DNA from: the human T2T-CHM13v2.0 reference genome, Homo sapiens
Reading direction: 5' to 3' (one strand)
Assembly: GCF_009914755.1 (NCBI RefSeq)
Contig: NC_060945.1
Length of the DNA: 64,000 bases
Below, piece by piece: positions 27,828 through 41,108 of this stretch. Both the position numbers and the translations under genes were made by a program. The notes beneath the pieces are model-generated. The model saw nothing but the letters and a program-made list of their open reading frames with translations. It had not been told where the DNA came from and made no database searches. Numbering within the stretch: the first letter of the stretch is position 1; each line of letters begins with the position of its first letter.

Positions 27828-29416
27828 TTATAATGAAATTAAACTAGTTATAACAGAGATACATGCTTAAAAGTTAAGCACTGTACTGCTTAAAAGCTGG
27901 TTAAAAGTTAAGCACCGTACCACTAAATAATCCAGAAAGAGAAAGTCTCTAGGGAATTTAAAGATAATATTTAACTGAACAAAAATGAAAATATATAAAA
28001 ACCTGAAGTATGTAACTAAAGTAGTGATTGGAGGAAAAGTTACAACACTAAATGTCTATATTACGAAAGAAGAAAGATCTCAAAAGAATAATCCAAGCTT
28101 TCACCTCAAGAAATTATTTTGAGACAGCAAAATAAACCCAAAGCAAGTAGAACAAAGGAACAGAAATCAATGAAACTTAAAACATGATGGAGAAAATCAG
28201 TGGAAAGAGAGCTGGTTTCTGAGACAATTAATAAAATCATAAAACTTTAGCAAAATTGACAAAAAATGAGAGAATAAATAATATCAGGAATAAAAGAAGG
28301 GATATCAAAATTATAGACTCTGTAGACGTTAAAAGGAAAACAGAATACTACAAATCTACACACACAGATTCAACACATTGCATGAAATTAACCAATTACT
28401 CAAAAACAGCAAGCTACCAAAACATCTCCAAGTGGAACAGATAATCCAAATAGTTCTATAACTCTTAAATAAATGGAATTTCTTTAATAAATTCCTTAGT
28501 TAACATGCCTTCCAAAAAAGAAATATCCAGGCCCGGATGGTTTCACCATCTGGTGAATTCTACCAAACATTTAAAGAGGAAATAGTACCAATTCCATCTA
28601 ATATCTTCCAGAAAATAGAAGAAAGAGCACTTCCTGTGTGATTATATGAAACCAATATTACCCTGACACCAAAAGAAGACAAAAACAACATTTTAAAATG
28701 GCACACTAATATCTGTCATGAACAAAGATGCAAAAATCATCAACAAACTTAGCAAATCGAATACAGAAATATATAAAAATAATTATAAGCCATGATCATG
28801 TAGGATTTATTCCAGGAATGCAAATGCTCTTCGACAGTTGACGGGGTAAATAAACTTGGACATCCACACAGGGAATACTACTCGGTAACATGAAGGAACA
28901 ACTATTGAGACATGCAACAATTTAATGGATCTTAAATGCATTATACTCAATGAAAAAGGCCAATCTCTCTCTCTCTTTTTTTCTCTCTCTCTATATGTAT
29001 ATATTTTATCCTATATAGTTTCATTTACATAATATTCTTGAAATAACAAAGTTGTAGAGCTAGAGAACAGATAAGTAGTTGCCAGGGGTTAGGGTTTGAG
29101 GCAGAATGTGACTGAAAAATGAATGAAAAAGTCATATATCCCGACTGTGATCATAGCTGCACAAATCCATAAGTTTGTGAACTACGAACAGAAAAAATAC
29201 ATGTGAAAAACTGACAAAATCTGAACAAGATCTGTAGCTCAGTGAACAGTTTGGTACCAATGTCAGTTTCTTGGTTTTGATATGCTTTGATTTTGATAGT
29301 TATGTAGATAATATTGAAAGCACTGGTTGAAGAGCATATGAGAACTCTGTACGTTCTTTGCAACTTCTCTGTGAGCTCTAAAATTATTTCAAAATTCAAA
29401 CTTTTTTTAAAAAAAA

Positions 29417-29563
29417 GGCTGGGTATGGTGGCTTCTGCCTGTAATCCCAGGACTTTGGGAGGCCGAGGTGGGAGGATTGCTTGAGCCCAGGAGTTCAAGG
29501 TGAGCCTGGGCAACATGGCAAAACCTCATCTCTAAAAAAAAATACAAAAAGTTAAAAAAAAAA
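29417..29563 (+). mobile_element. FLAM_C-like Alu monomer
   Basis: ggctgggtatggtggc...gaggattgcttgagcccaggagttc, A-rich tail. Confidence 0.85.
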
Positions 29564-30015
29564 AGGGGGGGAGAAATAATTAGAACAGATACTGCCTGAA
29601 AGAAGATACACATGCAATTGGCCAGTGAGCTCAGGAACCAGAGCTCAGACCCAACCACCATCAGGGACACCCAGAGGAGAACCGCGATCAGAGCCCACGG
29701 CACACCCACAACCATAGTGGAAACTTCAGGCAAGTGTTTACTGAGGATGTGGAAGAATCGGAACTCTCAGGCACCACTTGTGAGAATGTAAGATGGTGCA
29801 ACCGCCCTGGGAAACCAGCAGCTTCACAGGAAGTTAAACACGCAACTGCCTCGTACCCCGGCCACTCGAGTCCACGCGTTTACCCACAAGAAACAGAAGG
29901 ACACATCCTCACCAAGGCTCAGGCCCAAGTGTTCACAGCAGGCTTCATCACAATGGACCCCAAACCAGAGCAACTGTGGCACAGCCATGCCAGGGGACAT
30001 TCGGCAATCACAGGT

Positions 30016-30335
30016 GTTTTTTATTTTTTATTTTTTTGTTTTTGTTTTTTTGAGATGGGAGTCTCACTCTGTCGCCCAGGCTGGAGTACTATGGTGTGAT
30101 CTCAGCTCACCGCATCCCCTGCCTCCCAGGTTCAAGCAATTCTTCGGCCTCAGCCTCCGGAGTAGCTGGGATTACAGGTGCCCGCCACCGTGCCCAGCTG
30201 ATTTTTGTGTTTTTAGTAGAGATGGGGTTTCACCATGTTGGCCAAGCTGGTCTTGAACTCCTGACTTCAGGTGATCTGCCCACCTCGGCCTCCCAAAGAG
30301 CTGGGATTATAGGCGTGAGCCACCACCGGCCCGGC
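30016..30335 (-). mobile_element. AluSx-like SINE
   Basis: T-rich tail followed by full antisense Alu. Confidence 0.95.
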
Positions 30336-30475
30336 AATCGAACTTGGATGCACCTCAAAAACAAATGCCGAGGCCAGAAGAGTCCATATTGTCTTACTCC
30401 ACCACAGGAAAGCCACACACAAACCCATCCATGGTGACAAAGTGCCAGTCAGTGATTGTATGAGGTGGGGCGGTT

Positions 30476-32748
30476 TGTTGCGGATGGTATGAGGGATCTT
30501 TTTGGGGTGATGGATGTCCTGATGATATGAGGGGTCTTTTTGGGGTGATGGATGTTACTGATGATATGAGGGATCTTTTTGGGGTGACAGATGCTGTGGA
30601 TGATATGAGGGATCTTTTTGGGGTGATGGATGTTACTGATATGAGGGATCTTTTTGGGGTGATGGATGTTACTGATATGAGGGATCTTTTTGGGGTGATG
30701 GATGTTACTGATGATATGAGGGATCTTTTTGGGGTGATGGATGTTACTGATGATATGAGGGGTCTTTTTGGGGTGATGGATGTTACTGATGATATGAGGG
30801 ATCTTTTTGGGGTGATGGATGTTACTGATGATATGAGGGGTCTTTTTGGGGTGACGGATGTTACTGATGATTTGAGGGGTCTTTTCGGGGTGATGGATGT
30901 TACTGATGATATGAGGGGTCTTTTTGGGGTGATGGATGTTACTGATGTGAGGGATCTTTTTGGGGTGACGGATGCTGCGGATGGTATGAGGGATCTTTTT
31001 CGGGTGATGGATGTTACTGATGATATGAGGGATCTTTTTGGGGTGATGGATGTTACTGATATGAGGGGTCTTTTTGGGGTGATGGATGTTACTGATGATA
31101 TGAGGGATCTTTTTGGGGTGACGGATGTTACTGATGATATAAGGGATCTTTTTAGGGTGACAGATGCTGCGGATGGTATGAGGGATCTTTTTGGGGCAAT
31201 GGATGTTACTGCTGATATGAGGGGTCTTTTTGGGTGATGCATGTTACTGATGATGTGAGGGATCTTTTTGGGGTGATGGATGCTGCGGATGGTATGAGGG
31301 GTCTTTTTGGGGTGATGGATGTTACTGATGATATGAAGGGTCTTTTTGGGGTGATGGATGTTACTGATGATATGAGGGATCTTTTTGGGGTGACGGATTT
31401 TACTGATGGTATGAGGGATTTTTTGGGGGTGATGGATGTTCTGATGATATGAGGGGTCTTTTTGGGGTGATGGATGTTACTGACGATATGAGGGATCTTT
31501 TTGGGGTGATGGATGCTGTGGATGATATGAGGGATCTTTTTGGGGTGATGGATGTTACTGATGATATTAGGGATCTTTTTGGGGTGACAGATGCTGTGGA
31601 TGATATGAGAGATCTTTTTGGGGTGATGGATGCTGCAGATTGTATGAGGGATCTTTTTGGGGTGATGGATGTTACTGATGATATGAGGGGTCTTTTTGGG
31701 GTGACGGATGTTACTGATGATATGAGGGGTCTTTTTGGGGTGATGGATGTTACTGATGATATGAGGGGTCTTTTTGGGGTGATGGATGTTACTGATGATA
31801 TGAGGGATCTTTTTGGGGTGACGCTGCGGATGGTATGAGGGGTCTTTTTCGGGTGATGGATGTTACTGATGATATGAGAGGTCTTTTTGAGGTGATGGAT
31901 GTTACTGATGATATGAGGGGTCTTTTTGGGGTGATGGATGTTACTGATGTGAGGGGTCTTTTTGGGGTGATGGATGTTACTGATGATATGAGGCATCTTT
32001 TTTGGGGTGACAGATGCTGCGGATGATATGAGGGATCTTTTTGGGGTGATGGATGTTACTGATGGTATGAAAGATCTTTTTGGGGTGATGGATGCTGCAG
32101 ATGGTATGAGGGATCTTTTTGGGGTGATGGATGTTACTGATATGAGGGATCTTTTTGGGGTGATGGATGTCACTGATAAGAGGGATCTTTCTGGGGTGAT
32201 GGATGCTGCAGATGATATGAGGGATCTTTTTGGGGTGATGGATGTTACTGCTGACATGAGGGGTCTTTTTGGGTGATGCATGTTACTGATGATATGAGGG
32301 ATCTTTTTGGGGTGACAGATGCTGCGGATGGTATGAGGGATCTTTTTGGGGTGATGGATGTTACTGATTATATGAGGGGACTTTTGGGGTCATGGATGTT
32401 ACTGATATGAGGGGTCTTTTTGGGGTGATGGATGCTGCAGATGGTATGAGGGATCTTTTTGGGGTGGTGGATGTTACTGATGATATGAGGGGTCTTTTTG
32501 GGGTGATGGATGTTACTGATGATATGAGGGGTCTTTTTGGGGTGATGGATGTTACTGATGATATGAAGGGTCTTTTTGGGGTGATGGATGTTACTGATGA
32601 TATGAGGGGTCTTTTGGGGTGATGGATGTTACTGATGATATGAGGGATCTTTTTGGGGTGATGGATGTTACTGATGATATGAGGGGTCTTTTGGGGTGAT
32701 GGATGTTACTGATGATATGAGGGATCTTTTTGGAGTGATGGATGTTCT
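30476..32748. repeat. 39-bp (36-bp variant) minisatellite, ~59 copies
   Basis: Unit gatgatatgagggatctttttggggtgatggatgttact with gctgcggatggt variants. Confidence 0.98.
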
Positions 32749-35145
32749 CTGTCTTGATTGTGTTCATGGTCACACAGTTATATAAATTTGCCAGAACTCA
32801 TCAAGCTATACACTTTAAGTGGGTGCATCTTCCTGTATGTAAACGGCACCTCCCCAGAGATGATTCTTCAAAGCCCTCCTCCTTTTCTAACCTCCTCCTG
32901 GGCTTGCTGTAACTTTGTGGTCCCTGACAGCTGCACCCACCGCCCTCCATGCCCTCTACCCTGCTGACCAACTCCCCGTCCACCTTCTCCCAGTTGGCCC
33001 AGCTCAAGGGGCAGCCCCCTGCATCGAAAGCAGTTAGGGCCTCCTCCTCCGGCACCACCTGGGAAAAGGTGACTGTGGCCTCTGGAAAGGCTTCCTGGCT
33101 CCGGTTCCCAGGAAGAGGCATTTGCACTGCCTCCCTCCTCTGTCCCAGACAGCCCCAGGGCCTCTCGCTAAGCCCAGCTGGCCGAATCCGTGCAAAGCTC
33201 CTCTCCAAACCGACTTGAGTAACTTCTCTGGCTGAAAATGGGAAGCAGTTGCATAACCAGACATCTGCGGATCCAATTCCTGAGAAAATGTAGGCAGATG
33301 CGCCGGACAGTTAGGAGAGGCCCTGAGAAGATGAAGACACGGGCCGGAGGCCACACTTGGCCTGTCTCCCGTTGGCCTGACACATTTTGCAGCTGCTTAT
33401 CAGGGGGTTAGGAGAACGCTGAATAGGAGGCTGGGGAGGCCAATTCCACAGCGTATGACACACGCGTACCACTGCTTCCAAGGGAATTCATCAAACCAGT
33501 TCTTTGCGTAATCGCCTAATGCTTCCTCCTGGGGGAGGGGATTTGTTTATTGATCTTCTTCCCTTCCTATAGATCTGTTGTTCATAGGCATGAGGTGAAC
33601 ACGCGCATTTTCCAGCCAGGAGAACGTTCCGCTCAGCACGCACACCTGGAGACAGCCCAGCCCTGAGCAGGAAATGCCTGCTGGGCTTGAAGAGGGCTTC
33701 CTGGGGTGTGATGGATGATTGGGTTCTTTTTAAAGAATAGGAGGCCCCAGTCAGCTTTCCAAGTCCCACACAGAGGAGGTCGGGGGGACAGGCCCCTGGC
33801 CAGCTCCCATCCTGCTGTGGTCCCAGCACCCCCAGACCTCCCGGCAGCTGACCCAGACTCTTGGGACCTGGCACCCTCATCCCTGGAGGTCAACACTCCA
33901 ATGTCCGCTGGGCGTCTGACCTGGAGGACAGGGCTCCAAGGCACAGCCCATGGCTGAGAGTGAAGAAACGGCGCCCTCATGGCGGACCCTCCACCAAGCG
34001 GCCAGTGAACGAAGTGTGTTTGTACGGGAGGGCTTCCAGCCGCCGCGACCCCCACCATCGAGAAACCATCCTCTGGGCCCACCGCAGAACTCACTGTGCC
34101 CACAGCGGGGCTCTCTGGGGAGGGTCCTCGGAGCACAGTGGCGAGTGGACGGCACCCTGACCATCCCGGGCAGGCTTTCCAAACTCGGCTGGTGGACAGC
34201 TTCCCTGCTGGGTCCCTGAAGTGAGGCCAGGTCACCCACAAGCCAGGAGCATTGGCCGCACCCTGGCAGCCCTTGGCATCCTCTCTCATTGGGGCGTCAC
34301 GTTGTCCCAGGGAGCCAGGCTGGTGACACTGGGGTCTGGAAAGAGGGGCCTAGCCCTGTCACACACACTGTCAGCCCTCCAAGGTGGCACGGGGACGGCG
34401 AGGCCGACAGCTGCTTGTGCGGAACTGGGCTGGTCCCATCGGCTCTGGAATCAGACCCCCTGAGGCTTGGAAATAAGATGGACCGGGGTCAGGCGATGCT
34501 CAGTTGAAGGCAGACACCGCTCCCCACTTTGCTCCACAAGCACAAGCTCTTCCCAGCTAAGGCACAGCAGGGCAGGGGCCGCCAGGCACAGTGAAGGGGG
34601 CCAGGGCCTGCAGTCCCCCATCCAGAGCTGGGCAGGGAGCCGTGCAGGCTGCGAGGTGGGGTGGCTGCTGCAGCTCCCAAGGGGTCTGGTGTGGACTAGA
34701 GGGCGAGTGGAGAACCTGGGACCTCTGCAGGGCGCACAGCCATTTCCACACACAGCCCACTTCAGACCACTTGCTGCGGTGGTCACTGGTGGTCAGCCCA
34801 TAGCAAAGCGTCTGGCCCTGTGCCCCCACCCTGCCAGCACCAGGCTGGACAGTCCCCAGCGGCTGCACGGTGGCCTGGGCAGCTGTGATGGGAGAGGCCC
34901 CCACAGACGAGGCCCCAAGTCGGCTCCTGGCTCTGCCCTGGACCGGCTCTGGGTTCTCGAGAGGCTGGCCCAGCCCTGCGCTGCTCTGAGCCATGCGGAC
35001 CCCGTGGGGAGGACCCCATACTGCAGATCCCTCACCGGTAGCCCCCACTCCAGGCCAGACTGAAACACCGCGGTGGGCTCCTGGAGCACCCCCCACGCCC
35101 GGGGCTGGCTGGCCTGGGAGGAGGGGACACAAGAACTTGGGACGG

Positions 35146-35790
35146 CAGTTCTCAAAATGCAGTCTGGGGACCGCAGAGGTTCCTGAGATGCTCTGGGGGG
35201 TCTGTGAGGCCAAACTTATTTTGATGATGAAACTGACACATTATCCGTCTTTCTCATTCTCGCTCTCACGAATGTTCCAAGTACAAAACCCACGATGCAG
35301 TTTCAGATCTCACGTCCCAACAGACCTTTAAGACAGGACCGCTTGTTGTGTTTGGGGATCGAATCGAAGCTTATCCACAGTTATCTGAGAGGACTGCCGA
35401 GGCACTCCTCCCTCCAAGTGTGCGGTGAGGCCAGACTTTCCACAGATTTGCCCAAAACCCCATTGCAGTGGCTTGAACACAGAAGCAGCTCCGAGAACCA
35501 GCTGTCTCCCGTGAAGCCAGACACCGAACAGACTGGAAAAGGGAAAAACAGTGCATATTCCTCACAGATCTTCCGTTCGGGAAACGATAATTTAATTGTT
35601 TTAATTAAAAACATAATATGTGAAAATGTAGTGGGTTTATCCTTGTTAATGTGAAACGGATCGATACATCAGTATTTTTGGATTTCTGTTTTAATTTCTG
35701 ATATAATCAATGTTGATAGACATAACTTGTGCAAACAAAGCTCTTCACGGTCTCCCAAGATCTGTGGGTGTGGGGTGGGATCGTGAGACC
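35146..35790 (+). mobile_element. hAT-Charlie (Charlie1-like) DNA transposon remnant
   Basis: Terminus cagttctcaaaatgcagtc...gaggccaaacttatttt; 35372 onward reads YPQLSERTAEALLP..CGEARL, resembling the hAT C-terminal dimerisation motif YPxLSxxAxxxLLPFxTTYLCEAGFS. Confidence 0.75.
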
Positions 35791-36167
35791 ACAGTGTGGG
35801 GAGCAGGTCCCTCGGTCACCGTCCAGGCTCGGCAGCCCCTCGGCACGGGGCATCCGCGTCCAGAGTCCTACAAGAAGGAGCCTCAGAGAACAGAGCCCCT
35901 GGCGCCCCAGCGTGAGAAGCTTCCAATGCTTTCTCAGCATCTTTTTCCAGATAAAAATGCCAGCCCTTCCTCTCCAAAGATCTGAACCGCCTAGGGTTTT
36001 CTTGGCCTGGCATCACGCCTTCCCTCATCCGGCACCAACCCTTCCCTCCCGTCTCTATGGTTTCTCCCGCTCTTTATCCTCACAGCCCTGTGGAAAGACA
36101 TGGTCTGTGTGCCTGGAAAACGATGCAAGGCCGTGGTGCCTGTGACGTCCTCAGACTCACACCCCAA

Positions 36168-36491
36168 TGCGGGGGACTGAACGTTTGTGTTCTCCCCAGT
36201 TCACAGGTTGAAGGCCTTGCCCCCAGTGCAGCTGTGTCTGGACACTGGGCCTCTGGGAAGTGATGATGGTTAAATGATGTCAGGAGGATGGAGCCCGGGT
36301 CGGCTACGGCTGTGGCCCCAGTGACGCCGGTGTACTCAGGCGCCTGCCAGCTGGGAAGAGGCCTCACCAAGCCCAGCCCTGCAGCACCTTGGCCTTGGCC
36401 TTCCAGCCTCCGGATGCGAGAGGATAAATGTCTCCTGCTGAAGCCGCCAGGTCTGTGTTCTCCTTGTGGCTGCAGCAGCCGCACTAAGACA
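36168..36491 (+). mobile_element. MLT1A/B-type solo LTR
   Basis: tgcgggggactgaacgtttgtg...ttccagcctccgga...cactaagaca. Confidence 0.8.
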
Positions 36492-36702
36492 CTGGCCACA
36501 CCTGGTTTCTCCACAGCCGCTGCAGCCACGAGGAGAAGGCCACCCTCTCGCGTTCAAACACAGGTGCTTTTTAATTTCCATAGTCAATTGCGTCAAGGTG
36601 TAACTTACATAAGAGAAAGTGCAGATCGTAAGGGTTAGACTTCGATGCCTTCTTGCAGGTGCACCCACCGTGGAACCACAGCCACAGTGGAGCTGTGGAA
36701 TG

Positions 36703-37284
36703 TGCCCGTCACCCACAGCCCGCCTCTGAGTCACTGCCATCACCCACAGCCCTGCCCTGACCCACAGCCTGCGTCTCAGTCACTGCCCATCACCCACAGC
36801 CCTGCGTCTCAGTCACTGCCCGTCACCCACAGCCCTGCCTCTCAGTCCCTGCCGTCACCCACAGCCCTGCCTCTCAGTCCCTGCCATCACCCACAGCCCT
36901 GCCTCTCAGTCACTGCCCGTCACCCGCAGCCCTGCCTCTCAGTCACTGCCCGTCACCCACAGCCCTGCCTCTCAGTCCCTGCCGTCACCCACAACCCTGC
37001 CTCTCAGTCACTGCCCGTCACCCACAGCCCTGCCTCTCAGTCCCTGCCCGTCACCCACAGCCCTGCCTCTCAGTCCCTGCTGTCACCCACAGCCCTGCCT
37101 CTCAGTCACTGCCCGTCACCCACAGCCCTGCCTCTCAGTCACTGCCCGTCACCCACAGCCCTGCCTCTCAGTCACTGCCCGTCACCCACAGCCCTGCCTC
37201 TCAGTCCCTGCCGTCACCCACAGCCCTGCCTCTCAGTCACTGCCCGTCACCCACAGCCCTGCCTCTCAGTCCCTGCCGTCACCC
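36703..37284. repeat. 32/33-bp minisatellite, ~18 copies
   Basis: Unit ctgcccgtcacccacagccctgcctctcagtca. Confidence 0.97.
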
Positions 37285-37783
37285 TGGCTGCTCCTGGAGT
37301 TGCACAGAAATGGAATTGTGTGCTTGGATGCCTCCGTGCCCAGCCCCTGTCCCTCCGCGATTCCTCCTTGCTGCTTTGCGGAGCAGTTGTTGGCCGCTCA
37401 CAGCTGGGCAGGGCCTGTCCTGGCAACAGACCCCTCCTGCTGCGGTGGTTCCCTCGGTGGTGGACGGGGCTGTCGGCACATTTTAGCTGTCACCAATAAA
37501 GCTGCTGTGAACATCCCTGTACACGTCGTTGTGTGGAATGAGTTTGGTGTGTCTTAGGGAACTCCTTGGGAGTGGAATGCCTGAGTCACCAGGTGAGGAC
37601 AAACTCAGCCTTTTATGAAACTGCCAAGTGGTTGTGACACTTAAACTCCCACCAGCACTGTGTCATCGTCTGGCAGCCCTGCAACCCCCCAACGTCTGGT
37701 ATCTTTTTAATTTGAGATGTTCCAGTGGGTATGTATTGGTGTGTCACCGTGGTTTTAATTCGCGTTAAATTAACTACTTGGGC

Positions 37784-37812
37784 TACACACACACACACAC
37801 ACACACGCACGC
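37784..37812. repeat. (CA)n microsatellite
   Basis: acacacacacacacacacacacacgcacgca. Confidence 0.9.
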
Positions 37813-38111
37813 ATATATTTGTTATTATACCAATACCACGGTCTTATTTACTATAGCTTTATAGTAAGTCTTAAAATTAAGTAGTTTAAAACATACAACT
37901 TTGTTCTAAGATTACTTTATTCAAAGCCTTTTGAATTACCATATACATATTAGAATCAGCTTTTTGATGTCCATGAAAAAGACACTGATTGGCATCACAT
38001 TAAATCCAAATATCAAAGATTTAATGAGTTTTGAGGAAAAACTCTAAGCTTAAAAAGTAGGGTTTCCTAATTCGTGAATACAATATATTTCTCTACTTTT
38101 TAGGTCTTTAA

Positions 38112-38465
<354 letters not shown>

Positions 38466-38892
38466 TATTTTCTTAGATTTATCCCTAAGTAATACATTTT
38501 CTTTGATGCTATTGTAAGGCCTTTCTTTGATGCTACAATAAGTCCTTTTAAATTTCTCATTTTCCAGTTATTCACTTTCACTGCCAGAATATGCGATGGG
38601 CTCTCGGGTATGCAGTGTGCCAGTCAGCCCCACCCTGACACAGCGGAGCAGAGAGAGACGGTCCTGACGGAGCAGGCCAGGGATCAGCACCGCCCACTGG
38701 GCCTCTGACCCCTCTGACCCATGACCTCCAAGCCCTGCGGTCAGTCTGTGCCGAGGCCCAGTCTGTGCTGGAGCCCTCCCTGCAGCCCCCTCTGGCAGGA
38801 CTTCAGAGGGATCCCCAGCTCCTGGCCCACATGTCCGCATCTGGCCCAAACACACATTCCTTTCGCCACTCTCCTCTGAATGGAATCTGGCT

Positions 38893-40444
38893 TGCCCCGC
38901 ACAGCCTCTGCCTCCCTCTGCCCCGCACAGCACCCTCCCTCCCTCTGCCCCGCATAGACCCTCCCTCCCTCTGCCCCGCACAGCCCCCCTCCCTCCCTCT
39001 GCCCCGCACAGCCCCCCTCCCTCCCTCTGCCCCGCATAGACCCTGCCTCCCTCTGCCCTGCACAGCCCCCTCCCTCCCTCTGCCCTGCACAGCCCCTCCC
39101 TCCCTCCGCCTCACACAGGCCCCCTCCCTCCCTCTGCCCCGCACAGCCCCCTCCCTCCCTCTGCCCCGCGCAGCCCCCTCCCTCCCTCTGCCCCGCACAG
39201 CCCCCCTCCCTCCCTCTGCCCCCCGCAGCCCCCTCCCTCCCTCTGCCCTGCACAGCCCCCTCCCTCCCTCTGCCCCGCACAGGCCCCCTCCCTCCCTCTG
39301 CCCCGCACAGCCCCCTCCCTCCCTCTGCCCCGCACAGCCCCCTCCCTCCCTCTGCCCCGCACAGGCCCCCTCCCTCCCTCTGCCCCCCGCAGCCCCCTCC
39401 CTCCCTCTGCCCCGCACAGCCCCCTCCCTCCCTCTGCCCCGCACAGGCCCCCTCCCTTCCTCTGCCCCACGCAGCCCCCTCCCTCCCTCTGCCCTGCACA
39501 GGCCCCCTCCCTCCCTCTGCCCTGCATAGACCCTCCCTCCCTCTGCCCTGCACAGCCCCTCCCTCCCTCCGCCTCACACAGGCCCCCTCCCTCCCTCTGC
39601 CCCGCACAGCCCCCTCCCTCCCTCTGCCCCCCGCAGCCCCCTCCCTCCCTCTGCCCCGCACAGGCCCCCTCCCTCCCTCTGCCCCCCGCAGCCCCCTCCC
39701 TCCCTCTGCCCCGCACAGCCCCCTCCCTCCCTCTGCCCCGCACAGGCCCCCTCCCTTCCTCTGCCCCACGCAGCCCCCTCCCTCCCTCTGCCCTGCACAG
39801 GCCCCCTCCCTCCCTCTGCCCTGCATAGACCCTCCCTCCCTCTGCCCTGCACAGCCCCTCCCTCCCTCCGCCTCACACAGGCCCCCTCCCTCCCTCTGCC
39901 CCACGCAGCCCCCTCCCTCCCTCTGCCCCGCACAGCCCCCTCCCTCCCTCTGCCCCGCACAGCCCCCTCCCTCCCTCTGCCCTGCATAGACCCTCCCACC
40001 CTCTGCCCCACGCAGCCCCCTCCCACCCTCTGCCCCACGCAGCCCCCTCCCTCCCTCTGCCCCGCATAGACCCTCCCTCCCTCTGCCCTGCACAGGCCCC
40101 CTCCCTCCCTCTGCCCCGCATAGACCCTCCCTCCCTCTGCCCTGCACAGCCCCTCCCTCCCTCTGCCCTGCACAGCCCCTCCCTCCCTCCACCTCACACA
40201 GGCCCCCTCCCTCCCTCTGCCCCACGCAGCCCCCTCCCTCCCTCTGCCCCGCATAGACCCTCCCTCCCTCTGCCCTGCACAGGCCCCCTCCCTCCCTCTG
40301 CCCCGCATAGACCCTCCCTCCCTCTGCCCTGCACAGCCCCTCCCTCCCTCTGCCCTGCACAGCCCCTCCCTCCCTCCACCTCACACAGGCCCCCTCCCTC
40401 CCTCTGCCCCACGCAGCCCCCCTGCCTCCCTCTGCCCCGCACAG
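38893..40444. repeat. ~27-bp C-rich minisatellite, ~57 copies (G4/i-motif type)
   Basis: Unit gccccgcacagccccctccctccctct with catagac, cacaggc and cgcctcacac variants. Confidence 0.97.
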
Positions 40445-40859
40445 GGATCCTGCAGGTTCAGGGTGGAGTGGCCTAGCCCAAGCCCTCAGCCTTTCCTTGT
40501 GAGTCTGAGTGCCTTCTGAAGGGGCTGAGAACCGCTTAGTGGTCTGGACCCTCCCTTGGGGGCTTATGAGCCATCACACCTCGGTCCTGCCATGGAGACC
40601 TCCGGCTGACATCTCCTCAGAGCCTCCCTGGTGTCCAGAGCCCCAGCAGGCAGTGCTAAGCCGGCCACACTGAAGGCCAGGAGGCAGCGCACGGGGACGC
40701 TGGAGGAGCACCTGGTGAGCTGGGAGGCGAGGCCCTGGGACGGGACAAGTAGCAGACGTCTCAGCGCACACAGGCTCCTGCCGGACCCGGAGGGGCTCTC
40801 TGTTCCATGTGGTCCTCCAGGGATTCGGGCTCCTTGGCCCTGAGGGCTCTGCCCACCTA

Positions 40860-41108
<249 letters not shown>

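Larger units (their letters stand above)
29580..32870 (+). mobile_element. L1M 3' region (GC-drifted) with nested Alu and 2.3-kb VNTR
   Basis: aagtgtttactgaggatgtggaagaatcggaactctc...; after the VNTR gatgttctctgtcttgattgtg...ccagaactcatcaagctatacactt is L1M terminal sequence. Confidence 0.7.

Noticed and set aside
30394-32281. Mucin-like S/T-rich ORFs with TPKR motifs and the opposite-strand MRDLFGVMDVTDD ORFs
   Set aside because: Unit derives from an L1 3' end; frames are broken by T/G-run indels; no signal peptide or exon structure
38741-40384. 547-aa Gly/Arg/Glu-rich ORF and overlapping ORFs
   Set aside because: Translation of the 27-bp VNTR; open in several frames because the unit lacks stops; no splice or promoter context
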